In this document: positions 28,564 through 37,275 of the stretch, piece by piece
Numbering within the stretch: position 1 is the first letter of the stretch
Layout of the letters: every line of letters begins with the position of its first letter
Origin: Fidelibacterota bacterium
Lineage (GTDB): Bacteria > Fidelibacterota > Marinisomatia > Marinisomatales > TCS55
Direction of reading: 5' to 3'
NCBI GenBank assembly: GCA_045569055.1
Contig: JBJKZT010000013.1
Span: 16,087 to 80,086 of the forward strand
Length of the DNA stretch: 64,000 nucleotides
Program-made: the position numbers and the translations under genes
The notes under the pieces: generated by a model
The model's input: the letters and a program-made list of their open reading frames with translations, nothing else
What the model was told of the DNA's origin: nothing
Databases searched by the model: none

Positions 28564-30648
28564 TTATTTTAAAATAAATGTATTATTGGATTTGTATTCA
28601 ATTTTTTGAATATTTTTATTTATATCTTCTTCATAAAACCATACATCTCTTAATATATTTTTTGAATATAACTTTAATTGATCACCATTATTAGGAGAAT
28701 CTTTTTCTGTAGAGTTACCATAGCTTAATAATGCTTTTGCTTTGATTTTATCTCCGAATTCAATGACAGAGACCCAAGAATCACCTCCACCAACATACAT
28801 ATTTTTATCATCAGATTTACCAGGCCAAGATACCCGATAGACGCCTAATCTTCCGTCAATTCCATTTGCTGGTAAATTAATACCATTATAATTAATTCTA
28901 TAATAATCACCCCAAGCAACGTCTAATTTTCCAAATTTAATTTGAATTTCGTCAATTGCATCTTCAAATATATCTACGGCCTTCTTTGGATTGGTTAAAC
29001 CATCAGGTGTACTTATAGGGTTATTGATATCCCATTGTGTTACATAATTTGATTTATCTGATATTTTAAATTTATTTGACCAAGTATAAAACAATAACAT
29101 ACCTTTACTATCAGTATTAGAATCACGTTCCCAATTTTGTAAAATGGATTTTGCAGATTTAGCTTTTTCAGAGCCATAAATATCAATCGCCTCAAATAAA
29201 TCATCTAAAATTCGATCAGCAAACTCAATATGTGTTGAAAGTTTATAATTAACAAGTTCATCAAATGTAATTGAAGAGTCTTCTATTAACATTTTTGCTG
29301 ACCTTTGAGGTCTGAATTGCATTTCTTTTGGAGCCATATAACCAGGAAAATCCTCTGGATTTAAAGTTAATGGTATAGTAGAAGTCCAAGGTGGATCATT
29401 TGCATTTTGTAACCATCCAATTTCTGGATTTTTTATCTTAGGGAGATCATCGTATGAATGAACATCCGTCCAAATATCTTCAGATTTTCCTCCAGGAATA
29501 ATACGGTCCCAATATTCCCAAGCATCTTGCTTCCGTTTAGGAACTAAACCATTAAAAAGATAAAAAATTTGACCATACTTATCAGCATACATCACATTCC
29601 AGAATGGTATTTGGGCCATTTTAAGAGCTGTTTCAAATTCATTGAAGTTTTTACTATTTAGCATTTTCCACCACTGTAAAAACATATTTGCCCTATCAAG
29701 GCCAACTAACCTTATTGCTAATACCTTATCTTTATTCTTTTTAATTACAGGACCATGAAGTGTTTTTAAAATTTTGATTTCTTTTTCTTCTAAGGTGCCA
29801 TCTTCTTGTTTCACTAAAAGAGTTTTAATTGATGATTGAAATTCTGTTTCTTTACCGTCTAATTCATAACCATTACCTTTTAATTTCAATTCATAAGTGT
29901 CAGAATTGTCAATCGTATTATCAGTATGACTCCATCCTAAACTTTCATTAAAACCAATAGCAATACCAGGCATTCCAAGAAGATTCGCTCCATACAAGTT
30001 TCTGCCATTTAGGTTGAAGTGATATTCGGTGAAAAGAAACTCATTTGACCATGGTAAATGTGGGTTTTGGACTAACATAGTATTTCCAGAAGCAGATTTT
30101 TTTGGACCAATCGCATAAGTGTTTGATCCCATATCTGGCCATTTCTGAACACGACCAAGATCATCTCCACCAATAAAACGAGTAAATACAACGAACATAC
30201 CATGCATATTAACATCTTTTGTCGTTACTGGTAAAACAACTCTATTTTCATTATCAACTTGATCTAAATGCTTTTGGACATATGCGTTCATTCCGTTTAC
30301 AAAATTAGAATAGATCATCTTTAATTCTGAATCTTGTTCAGAGTCCCATTGATCTGCGAGTTCTGAAAAACCTAACGTGTGAACAAGAAGATCATTATTA
30401 ATAAATTCTTTACCCCAATATTCGGATGCTCTTCCTCTTGATTTTCCATAAAGTTTAAGAACTTTATTCGTATGATTTTGCATTAAAGCCCAACCTTGTG
30501 CAAAAAATAAATCTTTTTTAGTTGAGGATTTAATATGAGGAACACCATAAGTATCCCACTTTATGGTAGTAGTATCTGAACTAGATTCACAAGAATAAAG
30601 TAATAGTGAATTCAAAATAATTATTAAGTAATAAAAATAGGTTCTCAT
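28564..30648 (-). CDS. Penicillin/AHL-acylase family (S45, Ntn-hydrolase) lipoprotein
   Basis: 694 aa with lipobox LLLYSC. Contains WDTYGVPHI, plus the autoprocessing/nucleophile region DMGSNTYAIGPKKSASGNTMLVQNPHLPW. Confidence 0.8.
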   Translation of the reverse strand: MRTYFYYLIIILNSLLLYSCESSSDTTTIKWDTYGVPHIKSSTKKDLFFAQGWALMQNHTNKVLKLYGKSRGRASEYWGKEFINNDLLVHTLGFSELADQWDSEQDSELKMIYSNFVNGMNAYVQKHLDQVDNENRVVLPVTTKDVNMHGMFVVFTRFIGGDDLGRVQKWPDMGSNTYAIGPKKSASGNTMLVQNPHLPWSNEFLFTEYHFNLNGRNLYGANLLGMPGIAIGFNESLGWSHTDNTIDNSDTYELKLKGNGYELDGKETEFQSSIKTLLVKQEDGTLEEKEIKILKTLHGPVIKKNKDKVLAIRLVGLDRANMFLQWWKMLNSKNFNEFETALKMAQIPFWNVMYADKYGQIFYLFNGLVPKRKQDAWEYWDRIIPGGKSEDIWTDVHSYDDLPKIKNPEIGWLQNANDPPWTSTIPLTLNPEDFPGYMAPKEMQFRPQRSAKMLIEDSSITFDELVNYKLSTHIEFADRILDDLFEAIDIYGSEKAKSAKSILQNWERDSNTDSKGMLLFYTWSNKFKISDKSNYVTQWDINNPISTPDGLTNPKKAVDIFEDAIDEIQIKFGKLDVAWGDYYRINYNGINLPANGIDGRLGVYRVSWPGKSDDKNMYVGGGDSWVSVIEFGDKIKAKALLSYGNSTEKDSPNNGDQLKLYSKNILRDVWFYEEDINKNIQKIEYKSNNTFILK

Positions 30649-30715
30649 CTTGTTCCTTAGAATTGAATATTTAAATAGTTTTAAAAATAAAAAAAATGAA
30701 GGTCAAATTTAAAGT

Positions 30716-31273
30716 TTATGATCTTATTCCCCAAGTTTGATATGAGGACAAATTCATATCACAGTTTTCTAATTCAATATTTCTAATTAAATGGACGGGA
30801 TTGCCTCCTCCACCTTGAACTGAGCTGTTTTGTGAAACGGTTATGCAAAGGTTTTTATTATTTTCAAGTTTAATTCTTCCATCATCAGTCAATATAAATT
30901 TCTGCAATTCATTTTTAGTACAAGAACCTAATTTAAGATTTGCTGTTTTTTCTGAAGACTCTGCTTCCATGCAAACATCAAAGCTTGGCATAAAAAATTC
31001 ATTATCATTAATTCTTAACAAATCGAAACCTTGATCTACAGCAACCATTCCTTGATAGGAATAACAAGTATGTGCTTGAAGACCATCGTCAATATTTGCA
31101 TTTGACTTATAACCTTTAATATCTAAACAAAACCCTCTTGATTCATCTAATTTTTCAAGAAGATAAATTTCTACTACTTCATTAGGAATAATTTCTATCT
31201 CATCTATTTTTTCATTTTTGTTACATGAAAAAATAAAAATAATAACAAAACCAATAAATGAAACTTTTTGTAT
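30716..31273 (-). CDS. Ricin-B-lectin-like lipoprotein; start codon unresolved
   Basis: The track ORF (30716..31048) starts mid-domain. The same frame stays open upstream to the TAA at 31312..31314 and encodes (I)QKVSFIGFVIIFIFSCNKNEKIDE...LQAHTCYSYQG. That stretch has no ATG, GTG or TTG. An ATA sits at 31273..31271. Confidence 0.5.
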   Translation of the reverse strand: MQKVSFIGFVIIFIFSCNKNEKIDEIEIIPNEVVEIYLLEKLDESRGFCLDIKGYKSNANIDDGLQAHTCYSYQGMVAVDQGFDLLRINDNEFFMPSFDVCMEAESSEKTANLKLGSCTKNELQKFILTDDGRIKLENNKNLCITVSQNSSVQGGGGNPVHLIRNIELENCDMNLSSYQTWGIRS

Positions 31274-31319
31274 ATATAATTTAGAAATAGCTAAAAAATT
31301 GTATTTTAATTGTTAAGGT

Positions 31320-33077
31320 TTATTTTTTATTCACTTTATCTTCAATAAACCACTGAATATGATCTTCAAGTATATTTAGAGGCATTGCACCCTCTTTAAG
31401 TACTGCATCATGAAAATCTCGAATATCAAAGTGATATCCGACTTGTTTTTCCATATTATTTCGCATTGATATCAAGCGATCCATACCCAAAGCATACGCC
31501 AATGCTTGACCTGGCATATCAACAGAATAACGTAAGGTTTCCGTTTGAATTTCTGTTTCAGTAGCGAATGTATATTTGCGCATGAATTCTCTTGCTTCTT
31601 CCAATGACCATCCTAGAGCATTCATTCCTGTATCTAGAACGAGACGATTATAAAAAAACATTTGGAATACCAACCATCCATATTGATCTAATGGTTTTTC
31701 CAACATCCCAATTTCTTCTGCAAGAAACGCAGCATAATTTCCCCACCCTTCTGCTATGGATGCATTAAACAACCACATATCTTTGCGAATTTTGTGTACT
31801 GATTTATTTTCAATATTAAGATTGATTTGAAAGTGATGTCCTGGTGCCAATTCATGATATATTAGTGGCCCAGACCATAACATAGGTCGGTTTTTCAAAT
31901 CTGAACCATTATAGTTATACTCACCTCTTTCATTTTCCGCAGTAGGCACCTGATAATAACCAAATGTCATCGCACCTTCTAATGCTTTATCCAATCGTCT
32001 TACACCGTATGGTGCGTCCGGTTGATTTCGGAAAAGGCGAGAAATATGAGGTTCAATTCTATCCATATAATCCATATATCTTTCTTCAACATCATTGGGG
32101 GTTTTTGCAATAAAATATGGATCACTCATAATTTTTTCATGAAAAGCTTGCTGACCCTTTTCAAACCCTAATTGTCCACGAATTTGAGCCATCTCTTCAT
32201 ATAATTCCTCAACCCTTTTCAAGCCAATCCCATGAATTTCTATTGCTGATAGTCCTGAATTAGTATGGTATTCTATCATATAATTATAATAGTCTTCACC
32301 TCCAGGATATTGAGACGCTCCAACATTATCAGGCATACGCTTCTTATAATCACTATTCAAAAAATCAATCAATTTTTGTAAGGCTGGTAAAACTTCAGCA
32401 TCCAATTTCTTCCTGATAGATGATGTAAAAGCACCTCTAGCATTATCATCAAAAAATGAAAGTCGATTATCTATAGGTATAAAGGCTGCATCCATTCCTG
32501 ATTTATACTGATCTAAAAGACTCATCACAAGTGGCAACTCTGGTTTGGGTAAACGAATGCCTCGATCATCTTGCCCTTTTAATTTTTCCTGTTGCTGATT
32601 CAAGTGATCCGCATATTCATCCATAAGTGACAAATAAATATCTTGATCATCTTGATCATCAAACTGGTAGGTTAAAAACACCTGTCGCATACCCCTTCCC
32701 TGTGAACCAAACTTGTAAGGAGTAATCGAAAACCCATTCCAATAATGAGGAAGTCCATCTACTCTAGTTTGGAGATGTTGGCGCATCATGGATAAGGTCA
32801 AATCATCAGTGTGGCTAATTTTTTTTCGATCTACTGCATCAATTTTTTTAATAAATGTTTTCGATTGCTCAACTTTTAACCTAGCTGTTTCATAATCCAT
32901 ATCTGGAAACTTAGTTATTGGCAAACCAAACTTCATTCTTAGAGCAATATCATCTTCAAGCATTATTTCATAGATTTCATCTGCAATCACTTTGACTTTA
33001 TTGTTAGAGTTATTCGTATTTGAGCAACTCCAAATGACAAAACATATAAAAAGAAGGATTTTCTTTTTATAGAACAT
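31320..33077 (-). CDS. DUF885-family (metallopeptidase-like) lipoprotein
   Basis: 585 aa with lipobox FVIWSC. Contains YHELAPGHHFQ, the DUF885 HExxPGHH signature. Its start overlaps the stop of the upstream oxidoreductase (TAATG). Confidence 0.7.
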   Translation of the reverse strand: MFYKKKILLFICFVIWSCSNTNNSNNKVKVIADEIYEIMLEDDIALRMKFGLPITKFPDMDYETARLKVEQSKTFIKKIDAVDRKKISHTDDLTLSMMRQHLQTRVDGLPHYWNGFSITPYKFGSQGRGMRQVFLTYQFDDQDDQDIYLSLMDEYADHLNQQQEKLKGQDDRGIRLPKPELPLVMSLLDQYKSGMDAAFIPIDNRLSFFDDNARGAFTSSIRKKLDAEVLPALQKLIDFLNSDYKKRMPDNVGASQYPGGEDYYNYMIEYHTNSGLSAIEIHGIGLKRVEELYEEMAQIRGQLGFEKGQQAFHEKIMSDPYFIAKTPNDVEERYMDYMDRIEPHISRLFRNQPDAPYGVRRLDKALEGAMTFGYYQVPTAENERGEYNYNGSDLKNRPMLWSGPLIYHELAPGHHFQINLNIENKSVHKIRKDMWLFNASIAEGWGNYAAFLAEEIGMLEKPLDQYGWLVFQMFFYNRLVLDTGMNALGWSLEEAREFMRKYTFATETEIQTETLRYSVDMPGQALAYALGMDRLISMRNNMEKQVGYHFDIRDFHDAVLKEGAMPLNILEDHIQWFIEDKVNKK

Positions 33078-34351
33078 TAGCTAGCACCTGGTAAAAAAGA
33101 ATTGAACTGAGTTTTCTTTTTCAAATCATTATCAAATCTTGATAGTGCAAAGAATGGATCCACCTCTTTTTTACCAATCACACAATCGGCTACAAATTCA
33201 CCAAGCGCTGGTCCTAGCTTAAATCCATGACCAGATCCTCCACCTACTACCCAGGTATTTTCTGCGCCTGGATGTTGGTCAATAATGTAGTGACCATCAG
33301 GACTATTTTCATATTGACACACCCGTGATTCAAGTAATGGTGCATCTTTCATTATAGGAAATCTGTTTGCTAAATATTTACGTGCTGAGGATATTCCACT
33401 TTTGGATGCTGTGCGATCACCAGTGGTTGGATCAAATTTGACTCCTCTTGTATCATCAGCAACTTTAAACCCTCTCCAATCAGCACCAGGTATACCGTAC
33501 CATAACTTTTCACCAAAATCAACCCATACAGGCATATTTGATTCAAATAAACTCGAATTACCATAAGGAGTTCCAAAAAAGAAAACTTCTTGACGTGTTG
33601 GTTTTATAATGTTTTTTAATGCTTCTGGAAATATTTTACTTAGCCAAGGACCACAGGCAAAAACATATGAATCAGCTTGAAGTTTAGATCCATCAGAAAG
33701 AATCAATTCAGTTAATTCATTATTAATAATTTTTCCAGGAGTAACTGCTAATTGTTTATACTCTCCACCTTTTTTAACAAAATTTTCTAAAACAACTTGG
33801 CAACAGTGTCTTGCAGGTAAATATCCCGCCTCATGTTCATAATAAAAAGATTTAAGTCCTGATAAATTTATTTGAGGATATCGCTTTTTAACTTCAGCTT
33901 TTGATAATTGTTCAGATTTTAATCCAGCCTCATTGACAATTGGAAGTGACTTTTGAGCGTATGTATCATCTATTTGAAAGAACCAAAGTGCACCTGTTGG
34001 GAAATATAATGATTGATGCCACTGTTTTTGATAGCGTTTCCAAAGTTTAAAAGAGCGGGCAACTAGATCTACGTAAATTTTATCTTCACCATATATACCT
34101 CTAATCACTCTAGAATCACCACCTGAGCTAGCTCGAGAATTGCCAGGACCAAATACATCTAACAGCGTAACAGAATAACCTTTTTTTAATAAATGATAGG
34201 CAGTCCATCCACCAAATGCACCTGCACCGATTACAGCAATATGTCCTTTTTTACTTTTCTTAATTTTCTTTTTATTAGATTTTGTCATAGCATGAATTGG
34301 ATTTGCCAACGCTGCTATAAGTGATGTTTTTACAAAACGGCGCCGGTCCAT
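33077..34351 (-). CDS. FAD-dependent oxidoreductase (DAO/sarcosine-oxidase-like) with a Tat signal
   Basis: Twin-arginine N-terminus MDRRRFVKTSLIAALANPIHA, and the dinucleotide fold IAVIGAGAFGGWTAYHLLKKGYSVTLLD. Confidence 0.8.
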   Translation of the reverse strand: MDRRRFVKTSLIAALANPIHAMTKSNKKKIKKSKKGHIAVIGAGAFGGWTAYHLLKKGYSVTLLDVFGPGNSRASSGGDSRVIRGIYGEDKIYVDLVARSFKLWKRYQKQWHQSLYFPTGALWFFQIDDTYAQKSLPIVNEAGLKSEQLSKAEVKKRYPQINLSGLKSFYYEHEAGYLPARHCCQVVLENFVKKGGEYKQLAVTPGKIINNELTELILSDGSKLQADSYVFACGPWLSKIFPEALKNIIKPTRQEVFFFGTPYGNSSLFESNMPVWVDFGEKLWYGIPGADWRGFKVADDTRGVKFDPTTGDRTASKSGISSARKYLANRFPIMKDAPLLESRVCQYENSPDGHYIIDQHPGAENTWVVGGGSGHGFKLGPALGEFVADCVIGKKEVDPFFALSRFDNDLKKKTQFNSFLPGAS

Positions 34352-34464
34352 ATATGCTCCTTTTGTGGAAATTTTATAATTAAAGTTACTAAATATATAT
34401 TATAGTTATAATGGAATTGGTTTAAGTGCTTATTATCCATATGAACACATTTTATTAAATCAAT

Positions 34465-34493
34465 AAAAAAACCCCCAGTAGCGATACTGAGGG
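34465..34493 (-). terminator. Rho-independent terminator after the Cys-rich mini-ORF
   Basis: The minus strand reads CCCTCAGTA-tcgc-TACTGGGGG-TTTTTTT. The stem is 9 bp with one G.U pair and a T7 tail. Confidence 0.65.
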
Positions 34494-34540
34494 TTTTCAA
34501 AGAGTGACAGAATTTGAATTATAAATTGGTTCTAGAGCGA

Positions 34541-34624
34541 TTAACAGCAATTATCGCTATCGCAGCAAGAACAATCACAATCATCAAAAGATTGAAACTT
34601 TTGATTAAAGCTATTGAATTTCAT
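34541..34624 (-). CDS. Unannotated 27-aa Asp/Cys-rich mini-protein
   Basis: ATG 34624 to TAA 34541 gives MKFNSFNQKFQSFDDCDCSCCDSDNCC*. An AAGG lies 6 nt upstream. It starts 20 nt after the MerC-like stop and is followed by the terminator at 34465..34493. Too short for the ORF track. Confidence 0.45.
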   Translation of the reverse strand: MKFNSFNQKFQSFDDCDCSCCDSDNCC

Positions 34625-34644
34625 TGTAACCTTTGAATTAATTA

Positions 34645-35040
34645 TTAATGACAACATTCTTTACATAATTTTTTATTTTTGATATGTCCAAAAGATAAAA
34701 TTGAGGTTCCTGCTAAAGTAGAGACTATTTCACCAGTCTCTCCAACTAAATCATGCCCCCAAATAGCACTAACAATCATAATTGATAAGCCTATAATTCC
34801 ATAATAAATGACATTATAGCTTTTATGTTTTCTGCAACCCATTATCATGGCAAAAGCACTTACTGGAATAACAAAAAATAAGAGAATCTTATGAAATGAT
34901 TCATCGGCTAAGGGCAAGAGAGAAATTGCAGGTATAAAAAGAAGTGAAAGTGGTAAAATTAAGCATTGAACTGCACAAAATACTGATAAGTAAATAGCAA
35001 ATTTATCAAAGCTAATTGATGAAGATATATTATTAATCAT
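34645..35040 (-). CDS. MerC-family-like metal-transport membrane protein
   Basis: 131 aa, 4 TM. Has a TM1 Cys pair (FCAVQCLILPL), GCRKH, and a C-terminal Cys cluster KKLCKECCH. Confidence 0.55.
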   Translation of the reverse strand: MINNISSSISFDKFAIYLSVFCAVQCLILPLSLLFIPAISLLPLADESFHKILLFFVIPVSAFAMIMGCRKHKSYNVIYYGIIGLSIMIVSAIWGHDLVGETGEIVSTLAGTSILSFGHIKNKKLCKECCH

Positions 35041-35109
35041 GAAAGAATTTAACTATTTTATTTTTTTGCATCCACATCATTTATAAGTATAAATAATGAC
35101 TAAATCTTT

Positions 35110-36318
35110 CTACTCAGAATTTGATATAAAACGATAAAGATATAAATGCCCAAAGCCAACATACCAAATATCTTTCCTATTGCTGATATATTCTAAATGA
35201 CTCCAAGTAAAATTTTTATTCCACTCTAGAATATTTGGATGAGTAATCAAATGATAGACTCCGTTTGAACTGATAGCATTATCAAAAGTAACATTTAGTT
35301 CATTTATATTAGTTGAACCCCAATAAGAAGAGTTTCCTAATTCAATTGAACCTCCCACACGATTAAACTTATTTAAATCACTATTCCAATTAGAAAAATA
35401 AATATCATCATAAGTAAAGATTCTAGAAACCAGATATTTTGCTTTACTGGTCATTGTATCAATGGCCTCACTATAATTACCAAATGGTGCTACCCATGCA
35501 TAAACATACTCATTTGAGCCTGAACGATTTTGGTTTAATAGATTTAATTTTTCTATAATATCTTCTTTACTGCCTACAACTTCGCTTTCTAAATCAGCGT
35601 AAGGAACATAGGGGTGAGTCCTAGAGTGAGATAATACTTCAATAAAGCCATTGTCAAGCTGATCTTGAATAGCGTTCCATGTATTTTGATCATTTATCCA
35701 ACGAGTAATTATTCCAACTGAATACCATAAATTATAACTGCGGAAATTTTGACAAGCTTCAATAAATTTTTTATTACTATAATCAGCCCAATCATCTGCT
35801 GTTACGGTTACAGCAGCTCGTCTATTATCATAATATTCACTAATACGTTTGAATGGTGCATTAGTATTTTCATTAATATTATTTTCTATTTTAATGTAGA
35901 TAGTGTCAGATAAAATTGAAAATCCTACTGATACATAAGCAATATTTCCATCGTAATCAAATCTTACTGCCTCTATTCCATTAAAAAAATCATTAGATGT
36001 TTTTTCATCAATTAAATTCCAATCATGAGAATCTTTGTGTTTTCTATAAACATTTAAATTTTCTGAATTTTGAGGTATGCTAAACTCATATGTCACTGGG
36101 TATGTTAAACCATAATCAATATGCGCTTGAGCATCCGCAATAACCATAACTTGGTTTATATTATTTTTAACTGTGATTACTTGCCCAATGCTTACTGAAC
36201 TTGTATCACCTTCAAAAACATGGTTGCTCTCTTTTTTATTTTCACTTCCTAATTCAGAGCAAGACTGCAAAACTAGAATCAACGGGAAAAGAAATAATAT
36301 GATCAAGCGGAAAATCAT
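35110..36318 (-). CDS. Polysaccharide-deacetylase-like (NodB-fold) lipoprotein (tentative)
   Basis: 402 aa with lipobox LVLQSC. VTVTADDWADY resembles the TFDDG motif, and SHSRTHP resembles the H(S/T)xxH motif. Confidence 0.45.
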   Translation of the reverse strand: MIFRLIILFLFPLILVLQSCSELGSENKKESNHVFEGDTSSVSIGQVITVKNNINQVMVIADAQAHIDYGLTYPVTYEFSIPQNSENLNVYRKHKDSHDWNLIDEKTSNDFFNGIEAVRFDYDGNIAYVSVGFSILSDTIYIKIENNINENTNAPFKRISEYYDNRRAAVTVTADDWADYSNKKFIEACQNFRSYNLWYSVGIITRWINDQNTWNAIQDQLDNGFIEVLSHSRTHPYVPYADLESEVVGSKEDIIEKLNLLNQNRSGSNEYVYAWVAPFGNYSEAIDTMTSKAKYLVSRIFTYDDIYFSNWNSDLNKFNRVGGSIELGNSSYWGSTNINELNVTFDNAISSNGVYHLITHPNILEWNKNFTWSHLEYISNRKDIWYVGFGHLYLYRFISNSE

Positions 36319-36351
36319 GAAGGTGTAATTGTATTTTTAGTAAGCAATTGA

Positions 36352-37203
36352 TTATTCTTCTTCTACAACAATAACGATCTTATCCATCTTTGGACTAATA
36401 GCTAATCGCGTAATTTCATCCATACCGTAATCAGCAAGATCAGCAATTTGTACCCATCCCATCTGCTCTTGGGGGTAAAAACTATAAAGGATACTACCTC
36501 TTCCCATAATTAGAACACCGGACTTAGTAACAGCAAAATCCTCAGAGCCCTCCAACGAAGAGGTCATCGTTTTAATGCTGCCATTTTCGAGATCAATTGT
36601 ATTTACTGTCCATGGTTTTTGCTTTTTACTTATGTAAGCTACCAATCCAGATTTAGGTAGTTTATGGATGGCACGACCAATGTTAATATCCAAAATTTTA
36701 TTCTCTCCTGTTTTCAGATTACTATGCTGTAATGTAACCGGATCACCCAATACAAAAGATACGAGTTCATTTCGTCCAACCCATAAGTGGTAACCGATCT
36801 TTAAATCTTTGACCAATTCTTTTGAATTTTTAGAATACATACTATATTTGTATAAACGTTGATATCCATTAGGGTCAAGTCGAATCGCAGAAAAAGAATT
36901 GCTTGAACCAATTTGCAAGGGTGAATATTCTCCCCCTTCTGTTTTAGTTAGCCATTTCTTTTTATCAGTCCGAATGTTATAGCTCACAATATCTGTTTGA
37001 TTATTTCTGGTAGATGAAAATAAAATATGACGGCCATTCTTTGTAAATGAGGGTTGATTATCATAGCCTGGATTTTTGGAAATATTAACTGGATTGGCTA
37101 TAACATATTTATTATTTTTTGATAAAAAGTCAAAGAGATACAACTCGGTACTTGATTGAGCGTAAAGTATTGAACAAGTCATTAGTACGATGAATATTTT
37201 CAT
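36352..37203 (-). CDS. TolB-like beta-propeller periplasmic protein
   Basis: 283 aa with a signal peptide. Contains WD40-like/TolB repeat motifs (PGYDNQPSFTKNGRHILFSS, GGEYSP). Confidence 0.5.
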   Translation of the reverse strand: MKIFIVLMTCSILYAQSSTELYLFDFLSKNNKYVIANPVNISKNPGYDNQPSFTKNGRHILFSSTRNNQTDIVSYNIRTDKKKWLTKTEGGEYSPLQIGSSNSFSAIRLDPNGYQRLYKYSMYSKNSKELVKDLKIGYHLWVGRNELVSFVLGDPVTLQHSNLKTGENKILDINIGRAIHKLPKSGLVAYISKKQKPWTVNTIDLENGSIKTMTSSLEGSEDFAVTKSGVLIMGRGSILYSFYPQEQMGWVQIADLADYGMDEITRLAISPKMDKIVIVVEEE

Positions 37204-37275
37204 TTTATCACCCTTTATTTAAGTCCGAGGTGTTTCATTTACAGTTAGAGCCTAAAATTCAAACCAACAAAAGTC

